Positions 21,862 through 34,761 of a DNA stretch of 36,437 nt are shown one piece after another. The notes below the pieces were generated by a model. That model was not told where the DNA came from and did not search any database. It saw only the letters and a list, made by a program, of their open reading frames with translations. The stretch is taken from NCBI RefSeq assembly GCF_001194135.2, contig NC_068984.1:116168815-116205251 (forward strand), written 5' to 3'. Position 1 is the stretch's first letter; each line of letters opens with the position of its first letter. Position numbers and translations under genes: made by a program. Origin of the DNA: Octopus bimaculoides (Eukaryota).

Positions 21862-22405
21862 TCAAATTTTGGAAGAGAGCCAACAATGTTTAGGGGTGTG
21901 ATAAGTCAGTTACACCAACCTCAGTGTTCAACTGGTACTTATTTCATTGATCCCAAAATAATGAAAGGCAAAGTGTTCTTCGACGGAATTTGAAGTCTGA
22001 ACGTAAAGATGGAAGAAATGTCGCTACGCACTTTGTTTGGCATGATGCTTATGGTTCTGCCAGCTCACCGTTTATATCGACTCCAACATATTGGTTTAAA
22101 ATTTTGGCAGATGGCCAATAATTCCGAGGGAAGGATCTAGTCGATTGTATCCATCCAAATGTTCAACTGGTATTCATTTTATAGACACCAAAGTTATCAC
22201 AGATAATGTCGAACTGGACAAAATTTGAACCCCACAACGTAAAGACAAACGAAATGTTGTTAAGCACTTCCTTCGTCATGCTAATGATTCTGCCAGCTCG
22301 CCGCCTTATATCGACTCCGAAATATCAAAGTCCAAATTAATCTAAGCGGGATTTAAGCTCAGAACGTAAAGAGCCGGAAAATACTGCAAAGCAATTTTTC
22401 CTGGA
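21862..22405 (-). mobile_element. Three head-to-tail family A SINE copies (about 21862-22070, 22095-22305, 22306-22405)
   Basis: GAACGTAAAGA recurs at about 22000 and 22363 (CAACGTAAAGA at about 22236). TTCTGCCAGCTC occurs twice, each followed closely by TTATATCGACTCC. Confidence 0.8.
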
Positions 22406-22489
22406 GCCCAAAGATTGGTGCCATTGATTCTCTCAGTACTACAGTAATTCTAACACCATGACAATGATGAAGCTTGGACCTGGTCGTTC

Positions 22490-22790
22490 GACATATTAGA
22501 AATATCAGCCAGTACCACTCTAATATTACATCAAATCAACATGAAATATAGAAGGACACATTTTGATTGTGGATCCCCTCATGTAGTGACAAACTCGGAC
22601 CAAATAACAATAACGGCCTATAGAAGTTCAATGACAGTGACTAAATTGCTGTGTTAAAAAATAACACGGTAGGCAATGTGCTCCCATGAATTCTGTGTAT
22701 AGGAAAATGAGATGTTGGCCACGTTTGGAATACTTCCGATCATTAGTCTCCTCGAAAATGTTTGATTTGCACCTAAACAACAAAATCAAA
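22490..22790 (+). mobile_element. Degenerate interspersed repeat (family E)
   Basis: Partial similarity to 3680-3870. Ends in CTAAACAACAA. Confidence 0.4.
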
Positions 22791-24154
22791 ATTAAAACCG
22801 TGTTTTCGTTAGATTTTTTAAATTTATTATTGCACCAGAAAAGTAGTGAAGATAACGTTTGCGTTGTTCATGAACCTGTGTGTGACCTTTAAAAAATAAA
22901 GAAGTAAAACAACTCGTCGTATATTTATTGATATCTGGATCGAGGAGTAATTCAAGGTTGAATAAATCTATATGAAAAACCATGAAAATTTTGATTATAA
23001 GGTCAATATTAATCCGTGTTAATTTGCTGTATTTCTCTATTCACCAATGAGATTCTCTAACTGGTTCGTCCACAAAAACCGGTGAGATCGACGCGGTTAA
23101 TGTCCTTCTTGGGCAGCTGCATTTACAATGTTGTAAGAAAAACAAAAAAAAAATCAAGTGTGGTAAGTGATATTTAGTGTACCGATGACTACGGCTGACT
23201 TGAAGATATAGTTAATGCAGAGCATGGAAACCGAACACAATAGCGGTGACAAAAGAAATAGAATGAGAAAATAGGGTAGGCCTCATTAGAGGAGTAGGGT
23301 TGAAACAAAACCGGCTAACCCCGAGAAGCAGACGTTGTTATTGCATCAGGAGAAACGTTAGAAAAAGAGGAAAAAGTACATGAGAAAGTCACATATTGTG
23401 GTGTGTAAGTAGGTGACTTTGGCCTTGATTGGGCGTCTTTATATGTGCTATGGTAACAGTAGGCCTTTGTTGGGTGGTAGCAGATGTGTATATTATTTTA
23501 TATGTATTCATGCACAATACACAATATACTCGTCAATGAATACACACACATATACGCACAGATACACATACATTCGCACACATACATACACTCAAACCTG
23601 GGAAATATAATAGAGGGACATTGCAGATAAATTAAACTAAACTGGATTCGGGAGTAGTTGTCGAGAAAATCTGGTCCCTTCCACCCTTTGCCAAGGAAAA
23701 CATGTTAAATATAAGAAATGGAGGGCAGAAGACTGAAGAGTGAAGTAATCTGAAATAAAGTTGTTTGATAAATGCACCGCTCTGTCTAGAATTCAAACCC
23801 TTCACATTTTGGCTGTGATCCTGAAATCCTAAACCCTAGGTCATATGATTCACAAATATTGCATAACCAGAATATGTACATGGAGTATGTACATCTAGCT
23901 ACCCACCAATCATATGTATTATTGATTCAGTACTTAAGTTCAATAAGCTACAATACACATACATATATACACATACATATACACACACACACATATATAT
24001 ATCTTAGATACAATTATCTTTTTATATATTTCTTCAAAAAAGAAAAGCTATAGAGTATAAATCTCAAAAGAAATCCGATAGCAGAAATACGTACAAAACC
24101 GGATGAAAATGAATGTTAACACGGGTGAAGACGCGCACATACTAACATATATGT

Positions 24155-24188
<34 letters not shown>

Positions 24189-26468
24189 NNNNNNNNNNNN
24201 NNNNNNNNNNNNNNNNNNNNNNNNNNNNNNNNNNNNNNNNNNNNNNNNNNNNNNNNNNNNNNNNNNNNNNNNNNNNNNNNNNNNNNNNNNNNNNNNNNNN
24301 NNNNNNNNNNNNNNNNNNNNNNNNNNNNNNNNNNNNNNNNNNNNNNNNNNNNNNNNNNNNNNNNNNNNNNNNNNNNNNNNNNNNNNNNNNNNNNNNNNNN
24401 NNNNNNNNNNNNNNNNNNNNNNNNNNNNNNNNNNNNNNNNNNNNNNNNNNNNNNNNNNNNNNNNNNNNNNNNNNNNNNNNNNNNNNNNNNNNNNNNNNNN
24501 NNNNNNNNNNNNNNNNNNNNNNNNNNNNNNNNNNNNNNNNNNNNNNNNNNNNNNNNNNNNNNNNNNNNNNNNNNNNNNNNNNNNNNNNNNNNNNNNNNNN
24601 NNNNNNNNNNNNNNNNNNNNNNNNNNNNNNNNNNNNNNNNNNNNNNNNNNNNNNNNNNNNNNNNNNNNNNNNNNNNNNNNNNNNNNNNNNNNNNNNNNNN
24701 NNNNNNNNNNNNNNNNNNNNNNNNNNNNNNNNNNNNNNNNNNNNNNNNNNNNNNNNNNNNNNNNNNNNNNNNNNNNNNNNNNNNNNNNNNNNNNNNNNNN
24801 NNNNNNNNNNNNNNNNNNNNNNNNNNNNNNNNNNNNNNNNNNNNNNNNNNNNNNNNNNNNNNNNNNNNNNNNNNNNNNNNNNNNNNNNNNNNNNNNNNNN
24901 NNNNNNNNNNNNNNNNNNNNNNNNNNNNNNNNNNNNNNNNNNNNNNNNNNNNNNNNNNNNNNNNNNNNNNNNNNNNNNNNNNNNNNNNNNNNNNNNNNNN
25001 NNNNNNNNNNNNNNNNNNNNNNNNNNNNNNNNNNNNNNNNNNNNNNNNNNNNNNNNNNNNNNNNNNNNNNNNNNNNNNNNNNNNNNNNNNNNNNNNNNNN
25101 NNNNNNNNNNNNNNNNNNNNNNNNNNNNNNNNNNNNNNNNNNNNNNNNNNNNNNNNNNNNNNNNNNNNNNNTATATATATATATATATATATATATGTAA
25201 AAATAAATTTAAATATAAAACTAGAAGCACGAATGAAGCGATACACGCATATATATAAATATATACACGCATACACAAAAAAACTCGCGCACACACACTT
25301 ACAAACATATACATGTGTTGAAATCTACCTATGTATTTATAAGTATAAACATATGTGTGTGTGTATATATACATATATATAAATATATGTATATATATAT
25401 ACATACATAGAGAGAAATCTGAGAGAGAGAGAGAGAGAGAGAGAATCGTATTAATGTACGCATGCATGTATATATGCATTTGTATATCGTTAAATACTAA
25501 CGGGTACCGGTATTGCCTTTCCTATTGCTTTAAAAAGAAAGTAATGAAATGACTTAAATCAAAAACGACCGATTTAAAGTGTACACTAACAAAATCTGAA
25601 AGCACTAAGTGCATCCCATTTCAGAGGATTAACAACCAAATATTCTTCTGGCTATGGTATTATTTTGAATGAAATCTAATAGTGCATCAGTATTGATTAA
25701 TTAATCGGAGAAAAAGAACTACAATAAATACACGCAAAAACAAACAGACAAGAAAAAGACAAAAATGTAAAAACCAAATAGTAATTGAAAACACCCAATG
25801 ATCGTTCGAAATTTATCAAGAAAGAATAAAGCCTGCAAGTATTTAGAGAATATAAAAATAAAATAGATAAAAGTTTTCTGTCATCGTACTAGTATTGTAG
25901 AAATTCTATAAGTTCATATTTTAGGACGAGATTTTAATGTTGAAACTAAAGGAAACGAGATAAAACTAAGGAAACGGAAAAAATAAGTAAACAAAAAAAA
26001 AAAATTATTGGAAACGAAGTAAGAAATAAGAACCAATCTAAAAAAAAAAAATTAGAGAAAAATGGAAAACAAAAGCACTGCTACAATGCACCGAGATAAT
26101 GAACGCATAGTTGTAATCGTTGAAATATTCTAACGTAAAAGATTTATTTGATTAATATAAGAAAATATTCGGTATCAGATGATGGAGCCCATTGAATCAT
26201 GTACTTTTTATGTAATATTCACCAAGATGGAAATTGTATCAATGTTATTCTGGCTTACTCTTACAGTTACCGTGGAGAAGAATAGAAATATGATTCTTAC
26301 TGTCTGTTGGGTGTATTGGATTATTCACTTAGAAGTAAATGCAATAAAGCGTAATGCATTCCATTACTTTTAATTCATTAAATTAAAATATAATTATCTA
26401 AACTGGCAATGACATATCTAATATTATGTAGGAGGGCGCGCGTCATGTGGGTGGCTGTACATGTATAG

Positions 26469-26469
<1 letters not shown>

Positions 26470-26530
<61 letters not shown>

Positions 26531-26550
26531 CACATCCTCTGTGTGTATGA

Positions 26551-26596
<46 letters not shown>

Positions 26597-26648
26597 TCAT
26601 GTATTATTTTGATGCATGTCAGTATGTATGCATATCTCTTTCAGCCTG

Positions 26649-26724
<76 letters not shown>
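26470..26724 (+). repeat. Compound (TATC)n, (TA)n, (TATC)n(TGTC)n microsatellites
   Basis: 26470-26530, 26553-26595 and 26647-26724 directly visible. Confidence 0.95.
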
Positions 26725-26725
<1 letters not shown>

Positions 26726-26762
26726 GTGTACATAAGTACGTAGTGTACGAAGGCGCATATAT

Positions 26763-26860
26763 TAGTGTGGTTCGTGTGTCTAGCACAGAATGCATTGTGT
26801 CCTTGAACAAAGCACTTTTTCATGCTGTTCAACTCTGCTTAGTTGTTAATGAATACTAAC
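26763..26860 (+). mobile_element. Partial CORE-like SINE (family C related)
   Basis: TTGTGTCCTTGAACAAAGCACTTT resembles the CORE-type block TGTATTCTTTAGTAAGACACTTT at about 30100-30122. Confidence 0.4.
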
Positions 26861-27189
26861 TGGGTGCTGGTGTTGTTCACTCTTCGTCATGCTGTCCCAA
26901 CTTCAGTAACCGCTCAGCTCTCAAGTAGTACACATTACAAATGGTATAATATTATGATGTAACGGGAATGACTGCTGGGTGAACTGTACCTACTTGATGT
27001 AGTGGATGATTGAATAATGAATTAATAATGTTGCTTATCAAAATGTTTATCTCAGTTGAGCTATGGTTTCTAAATACTATCCGCTGGCAGGAAGTGAATG
27101 CACTTGCTCTGTGATGTATCTTGATTATAAATCAAATTATTCAGCGCAATCTCAATTTTATTCAGGTTGCGTGAGTTAATGAGATGAAG

Positions 27190-27428
27190 TATTACGTTAA
27201 ATTTCTGATTTGCCAATAAGTGATACATCAGAGAAGACTGGAATGGACTATTCGGAGCAAGAGCGCACTCGAAGACGGAAAGTGTCGCTGAAGAGGTTAC
27301 AGATGTGTGACGAAAGATTTCCGGGCAATGGACATGATCTAGAATAAGAAGGGTAATAAACGAGTGAAGAACGAATTGCGTGTGTTTATTTGGAAAATAA
27401 AACAGGAAAAAAACGAACATTCCGAAAT

Positions 27429-27435
<7 letters not shown>
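27190..27435 (+). mobile_element. Penelope-like terminal remnant ending in a (TA)n tract
   Basis: Contains a minimal hammerhead motif and ends CCGAAATACAACAA(TA)n, an arrangement typical of PLE termini. Confidence 0.55.
27283..27327 (+). ncRNA. Candidate minimal type I hammerhead ribozyme
   Basis: TGTCG | CTGAAGA | G | GTTACA-GATG-TGTGAC | GAAA | GATTT C | CGGGCA: intact CUGANGA and GAAA boxes, 6-bp stem II (one G-U), near-palindromic stem III AGATTT, UUC cleavage triplet, imperfect stem I. Confidence 0.55.
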
Positions 27436-27513
<78 letters not shown>

Positions 27514-27662
27514 TGCCTAATTCAGTTNNNNNNNNNNNNNNNNNNNNNNNNNNNNNNNNNNNNNNNNNNNNNNNNNNNNNNNNNNNNNNNNNNNNNNNNN
27601 NNNNNNNNNNNNNNNNNNNNNNNNNNNNNNNNNNNNNNNNNNNNNNNNNNACATTCCGAAAT

Positions 27663-27747
<85 letters not shown>

Positions 27748-28646
27748 TGCCTAATTCAGTTTCATTTCATTGGGGACAATAAACACTCTGACTACGATAT
27801 TGTTTATAGAGCTAATGATGAAAAGCACTATGTTTAAATCGTATACAGGATTACAGGAAAATATATTCAAGATGTGCTTTTACTAACATATGCATACTTT
27901 TAAACATTGTGGAAAGATAATCCAGTTCGATGTATTGAAATTGATTGAAATATTTTAGACCATATTTCACCGTAACGATGCTGATATTCGCATTCAGATT
28001 GATACAATGTTTGTTCAAACATTTTAGCCAGTTTCAAAATTCACATGTATCAAATTAAATATCACGCTTTTCAATTCTGGACGACACGTGGTTCAAAACT
28101 TGCTATTTAACATTCTGCAGATTAATGGTTAAGTTTCTTAACTTCCTTCTTCGACGATGAGGCTTTATGTAGCCGCATTTTGATCCTATTTTCGCTTTCC
28201 AAAAGTTAAAACATTACATCGTTACATTTTTCAGTTGATTTGAATTTCTTTTGATAAAGTGTACGTTCAAATAATATCACTTTAAGTTATTTTTCTTCTA
28301 TTTCTTCTTTTACTTTTTCCTTACTCTTCTCCTTTTCAATTCTAGAAGCTGCATACGTTGTTTCAGCTTAAAATTTAATTTACGTTTCGTAGTTTATTTT
28401 TTCACTTTCACTCTTTCACATATTTTTATAAATAGCCACAATCCGTTATTGATACAAAATATAAAACTTCATGCCAATTCTTTCATTATTTACAAGGAGC
28501 GAGTCTCTTTCGATGTCTTTCGTTCTTCCCATTTCTTCCTCATCGCTGACTTTTCCTGCTGTTTTATCTAGTAAGCACATTTTTTGCAAACTTCTTATTC
28601 ACTAAAATTTGTTTTGATATTTAGTTAAATGACTGAAACAAGTAAA

Positions 28647-28650
<4 letters not shown>

Positions 28651-28697
<47 letters not shown>
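28651..28697 (+). repeat. (TA)n microsatellite preceded by a family B tail stub
   Basis: AATGACTGAAACAAGTAAAAGA (about 28628-28649) then perfect TA repeats. Confidence 0.9.
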
Positions 28698-28700
<3 letters not shown>

Positions 28701-29450
28701 CGTAATCTTATTTTGAAATCTCATTTTTCAAAATCATTCCACGACGATCTAAAATGAGAAATACGTGGTAAATATTTATGAATCTGCAGCTTCCAATAAA
28801 ATATATAACAATATATATAATGTATAATTCTACCTGCGATAATGAGCATTTTCTTTCTCCTTCATTTTCGTACATATCATTTTGCTTTGGTGCATATATA
28901 CATATACACGCTAATATTTACATAGACGCATATAAACAAGCACACTCATGCGCACACACATAGTTATGGATAGATAAAAACAGAGAGAAAGAAAGAAAGA
29001 AATAGAGAGAGAGAGAGAGAAAGTGAGAGAGAAGGAGGAATGGAGAGCGGATGATAGAAGAGAGGGCTGAGAGAAACCAAGAATGAGAAAGGTGACAAAT
29101 AATTGAGGAAAACGGATAGATATAAAACACATTATATGCGATATAGAACACAAACTCACGTGTAAGTGTTGGTTATTAACTGACAGAGAATAAACTCAAT
29201 ATATAGAATATATTTTTATATCTGTTTTCTTTTCTTTTTTCTTACATTTATTACATATCATTGAATCTCATATATTGAAAACTTATGACCAGTTTCCATA
29301 AATGTGCGATGTAAAATGTCGCAATACGGATTCAGAAACAGTGATGCTTTTATGTTTGAAATAGATGTACACGGAAACAATGCCATTTAGTAGATGTTTG
29401 AAAACAAAAACAAAAAAACCCCAATATTGTTAAAAATACACTTATAATTA

Positions 29451-29513
29451 TAGTAAGTACTTGCGTATGTATATATGTATGTACATATATGTGTGTATGT
29501 GTGTATATATATA
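29451..29513. repeat. 63-bp inverted repeat, left copy
   Basis: Exact reverse complement of 32155-32217, including the non-repetitive part TAGTAAGTACTTGCGTA. Confidence 0.9.
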
Positions 29514-30040
29514 CATATATANNNNNNNNNNNNNNNNNNNNNNNNNNNNNNNNNNNNNNNNNNNNNNNNNNNNNNNNNNNNNNNNNNNNNNNNNNNNNNN
29601 NNNNNNNNNNNNNNNNNNNNNNNNNNNNNNNNNNNNNNNNNNNNNNNNNNNNNNNNNNNNNNNNNNNNNNNNNNNNNNNNNNNNNNNNNNNNNNNNNNNN
29701 NNNNNNNNNNNNNNNNNNNNNNNNNNNNNTTTTCAAATGTCAGAAGTTATGGAGATTAAATACGCTTTACACCGCTTAATCAGCCAAAGGAGTAAATGTA
29801 AACAACTGAATACTTGTCAGTGATTGGTTGAAATTATCGAAATAAGACAATTTTTTACATGAAATAAATTCGAATACAAAAATATTTTTCTGTTCTATAA
29901 CACAAAAATAGATAAGTATACGAAGTTTGAAAGTCTTTCGGTACCAAAAACACTACGTAAAACATTAATGAAAACTGTGGTCCCCGTTTTAAAATAGATA
30001 CTTAAGTTTCCCAAAAGACTACTGCTTTTTAAAATTTATC

Positions 30041-30295
30041 AGTGGTTAGAGTATCGGGCTCACAATCATGAGCTCGATTCGCACATCGGACTGTGTGCTG
30101 TATTCTTTAGTAAGACACTTTATTTTGGTTGCTCCAGAAATGAGTTGCGACGTCACTAGTGCCAAGCTGTATCGGCTTTTGCCTTTCCCTTGAACAACAT
30201 TGGTGGCGTGGAGAGGGGACTTGTGCTTCGAAGGCTAAATTTATAGGTGGAATGCGATGGTCATTCATGACCGAAGGGGGTTTTATCCTTTTACC
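30041..30295 (+). mobile_element. tRNA-headed CORE-like SINE, family C
   Basis: AGTGGTTAGAGTATCGGGCTCACAATC tRNA-like head, AGTAAGACACTTT CORE-like block, distinct tail ending GACCGAAGGGGG. Confidence 0.7.
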
Positions 30296-30914
30296 ATGAC
30301 TTCATAAACATTTGAAATTTCGATAACATACGAATCAAAACGCAATTGATGTAGATATGTTTAAGGAAAGTTTTAATTTCAAAGTAAATCTTGGAGAGTA
30401 GTCAGCATTATTGCTGTTGTTAACACATGTATCGAAGACGATTTGCAAACTTGTCTGTCCCATGATCATAATTTTCTGTAACAATGCATCTAATATCACA
30501 CAGTCAAGTATGTACATACATTTTAAAGACCAGTTTCTATTTGGTACAATTGACTTACGTAAATTGAAACCACTTTCCTTCTGCAGCTTTGTATTTCTTC
30601 AAAAACACTCAAAAATAGGAAAGAATACTGGCATCAACATAATTTCGCTGCTGTTGGATTAAACTTATAATTCGTAGAACGTGTATGAGAAAGAGGCAAC
30701 TAAGTATCAGTGTAAGAAAGAGCAGTAAATTATAATTAGTTTTCAGCATTGGAATTCTTCAATAATAAAAGAAAATAGAAACTTATATTTTGATAGAAAT
30801 ATGTGATAGTTCGATTTTAAAACTTGTCACAGCACTGTAGACTTAAATATCTGCTCTCTTTTAGTAAGAGTCACATATTCCCAACTTATGAATAATCAGG
30901 TTGCTTCTTTATAT

Positions 30915-31124
30915 TCTTTTCTACTCAAGGCACGAGGCCAGAAATTTTGGGGGAGAGAGCCAGTCGATTGTATCAACCCCACTACGCAGCTGGTACTTTA
31001 TTTATCGATCCCGAAAGGATGAAAGGCAAAGTCTACCTCGGCGGAATTTGAACTCAGAACGTAAAGACAGACGAAATACGGCTAAGCATTTTGCCCGGCA
31101 TGCTAACGTTTCTGCCAGCTCGCC
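30915..31124 (-). mobile_element. Family A SINE, best-preserved copy
   Basis: Minus strand: GGCGAGCTGGCAGAAACGTTAGC (A-box), GAGTTCAAATTCCGCC (B-box), GCCTTTCATCCTTTCGGGATCGATAAATAAAGTACCAG. The central block resembles the Meta/MESC SINE domain as I recall it. Confidence 0.9.
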
Positions 31125-32119
31125 ATCTTACTTCTTTATATTACAGATAAAGGTGTGCAACTTAAGAAAAAATGAGTTGATATTTCTACCAGGTTAGGCG
31201 ACTCCTAAGAAATCCAACGTGAAACAAAATGTGAATAATACATCATTTAGTAGGCTTGTCGAAACTTTTCTCCCAGCGTTTCAACATATCAAAACTATTG
31301 TGCGAATTAAAATGCTTTCTGGCAATATGAAAATAAAAATTGATTTTAAAGTAATCAAAGGTCAAGACACTTTCGTTCTGACACGAATCTGACATATAAG
31401 ATAATCTTCAAATATTTTGGATGACTATTTAATATACCTGTCAAGAGTATCAATATAAATGAATGAAGCAACAGTTGTTTTTCTTCCTTCGTCGGTAAAC
31501 AAATATAATTCAAAATGAAATATTGTCATAAATATATTTAGTCTGATATTTCACAAAGAAGATTCATGATCGTTTCCTTTCTATAGAGACTGTCATTTGT
31601 CTCTATAGTGAGAAAATAGTGTCTATATCTCGTGGTGGAAATGATTGCTATTTTTCAGTTATATCATTTAGAGGAAAACAAAAAAAGTACATGCGTGCAT
31701 TTAAATATGTGTGTGTATTCTTGTTTCCTATATATATANNNNNNNNNNNNNNNNNNNNNNNNNNNNNNNNNNNNNNNNNNNNNNNNNNNNNNNNNNNNNN
31801 NNNNNNNNNNNNNNNNNNNNNNNNNNNNNNNNNNNNNNNNNNNNNNNNNNNNNNNNNNNNNNNNNNNNNNNNNNNNNNNNNNNNNNNNNNNNNNNNNNNN
31901 NNNNNNNNNNNNNNNNNNNNNNNNNNNNNNNNNNNNNNNNNNNNNNNNNNNNNNNNNNNNNNNNNNNNNNNNNNNNNNNNNNNNNNNNNNNNNNNNNNNN
32001 NNNNNNNNNNNNNNNNNNNNNNNNNNNNNNNNNNNNNNNNNNNNNNNNNNNNNNNNNNNNNNNNNNNNNNNNNNNNNNNNNNNNNNNNNNNNNNNNNNNN
32101 NNNNNNNNNNNNNNNNNNN

Positions 32120-32154
<35 letters not shown>

Positions 32155-32173
<19 letters not shown>

Positions 32174-32217
32174 ACACATATATGTACATACATATATACA
32201 TACGCAAGTACTTACTA
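32155..32217. repeat. 63-bp inverted repeat, right copy
   Basis: Reverse complement of 29451-29513. Confidence 0.9.
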
Positions 32218-33650
32218 GTTTGCTGTGAAGTATGTGTCTATTGAGTTCTAACTACTGCCTATTCTTATCTCTATGGCTACGTAGAATCATAAAACACATA
32301 TGTATACACATGCATACTCACACATAGACACGCATATACCCACACATATATTGACGGTAGATGTTTGCGTTCATGTCTATTAAAATTATATTTTATGTGC
32401 TTATATTTCTGTGTGAGAGTGGGCAGCATTATAGTTTGTAGTTAACACAGAGACTGGTACTTTATTAGAATCATAAAATATGTCATATAAAATAATATCA
32501 AGTCACCAAGATAGCGAATCTGATGCATTTTTGAAAACTAAAAAACACTCCAAGGCTGTCTTGGATTCCAATTTTAAATTTATTCTTCATGGTCATCATT
32601 TACTTATGTATAATTTAATCGCTTAATGATATTTCAACAATTAAAACTTTCATAAAAAATCTCAACTAAATCATTTTCTATCAGACGAAAGAGTACCTGG
32701 TCAAAGAACTGGCACTCTACACTACCCAGTCAAAACTAAATTTCACCATTAATGTTTTGAATCAAACTGATTAAACTACAGAAATACGTGTTTCAGGTTT
32801 CGTTTTGCAACCGATACTATTTATGTGTATTATTTTCAGCATGAGACAGAGCGAAGCATTAAATTTCACCATTTATCATTCATTTAATATTGATTTGATT
32901 TATCACTTGACTTGCAATTTATTTTATCAATGATTACGAAGTGAAATATTATCGCAATTGTTATTTTTGTTTTCGAAAATATATATTTTAAGAAAGTCAT
33001 TTGCAATGCAAATATGTTAATCAAAACGGAATAGCAACGAACTTACCCACACATATATACATCTCTAGATATAGATGTATTTGTGTGTGTTTCTGTGCAA
33101 GTGTATGTGTATGAGTATAAGATTATTCTTGATTTATTGAAAACGTTCCTTTTTACAGAGAAGGTAGAGCAATCAGCTGGTGGCTCTTAGGACCAGCTTC
33201 AAACTAGAAAGTTAGATACTCTCAAGTATTCTCCAGAATTCCCATGCTGGTTAAGTGAAAGACAGTTTGATTGTTTGGAGGCAGGCGACGGTTGCGGAAA
33301 CGTGCTCCTGTTTTAATAGGTGTCATCAGAAATTATCCGACATTATGTTCAGCAGACGGGACACGTAAAAATCATAGATCACCTTTATGACCACGGTCAT
33401 TTGCATAAATGAAACGGAAGTTTGTTAAGAGAAATAACTGAGAGCTGTAAGTAGCATGTATTTTAAATGCACACAAATAAAGTGTATAAGGGTATATTAA
33501 GCATTATGCAAGGTAAATTCTAGGTTTATTGAAGTTATCATTTCTAGAGTGGGTAGAGAAATAATTTGGTTACACAGGAATAACTACAAAAGCTCAAGTA
33601 TCCAGAGTTCTCTAAAATTGACATACAGTTTAGGGAAAACAATCTCAATG

Positions 33651-33868
33651 TCTGAAGATATTCTACTTTTTTTCCTTAAATGTCGAAGATAAAATATGAA
33701 AAAGGCTGTTGTAATGACGCCTATCGAGGCAGGAACACCAGTCTTTGGCCGTCTGAATGTATTCTACTCTTTTCTCTAGAAGTCTAATTGTCCATCCTAC
33801 TGGAGATAAGATATGACAAAGGCTGTTCTAATGACGCCTATTTAGGCAAGACAAGTCTTTGGCTGTCT
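33651..33868 (+). repeat. Diverged tandem duplication (period about 101-117 bp)
   Basis: 33688-33754 vs 33805-33868 share AAAGGCTGTT.TAATGACGCCTAT..AGGCA.GA..AGTCTTTGGC.GTCT. TCTGAA..TATTCTACT occurs at 33651 and 33752. Confidence 0.85.
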
Positions 33869-34761
33869 TGTCGCCTCCAAACAACCTCTTGTCTTTTCCA
33901 TAAATTGCATGTCATTTTCGGAGAATTGTTGATTTCTGAGACAATCATTTCCCCACTATACGATTCTTCTACCTTCTGTAGAAGCAAAGATAATTTCATT
34001 AAAGTATGAATTCATTTTGTACGGTATTTAATCTATACTTCTACGTCTTTGTTACTCAATTTCATGCCGCAGGCAACACTCAGTTATTTGTCTTATTTCA
34101 TTTTCGTATCTTTCATTCAAATTACCTAGGTTGTTAGCCAGCAAAACCGAAACAGTATATGTGCGTGCGTATGTGTATGAGAATTTGTGTGTGTGTGTAT
34201 GTGTGTGTGTGAGCGTGTATGAGCTTGTTTATGCGTCAGTTTGAATTATGAAATACATTTGAGTTATGAAATAATAACGCTAGATATTATTGGCTCTCCT
34301 ATTCGTTACAATTTGTTTCATTGTGTGTGTATGTATTCATATGCGAGTAGGTGAATCTGTTTGAGTTTCTTTGAGACGTAGGCGTGCGTTTGTGTGATTG
34401 TGTGTGTGAGTGGGTGAGTGTGTTTGAATTCATTTAAAAAGGATGAATGCTAAAGAACAAAAACGTTTTCTTCTTTCCTCGATTTATGAAGAACCAGATA
34501 TTGCAAGGAAAGAATTGTTCTCTTGAATATGTTTGATCGCTTGTAGATAATAAGATGTAATTTCAAAAATTGTAATGTAGCTTCGAAGAAGATGATGCTC
34601 ACGCGTAATTTAATTTTTACATCAGCATAAGAATAGAATTAAACCACAAAACTTTGCATATTCCTCGCCCACCGCATGTCGGCATCAATCTATTCCGCAA
34701 GCGGAGCATACATACATACACACATATATGTATGTATTTATGTATGTATGTGTGTATGTAT

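Noticed and set aside
27417-27761. Exact 111-bp direct repeat (27417-27527 and 27651-27761)
   Set aside because: The first copy ends exactly at the gap and the second starts exactly after it, with identical microsatellite lengths. This is the pattern of an unmerged contig overlap, so the 123-N gap is probably spurious.
28485-28575. Minus-strand open stretch KTAGKVSDEEEMGRTKDIERDSLL
   Set aside because: Purine-rich low-complexity sequence, weak donor, no recognisable homology.
31581-31608. 10-bp inverted repeat CTATAGAGAC/GTCTCTATAG
   Set aside because: Short enough to be near chance level in a window this size, with no associated element ends.
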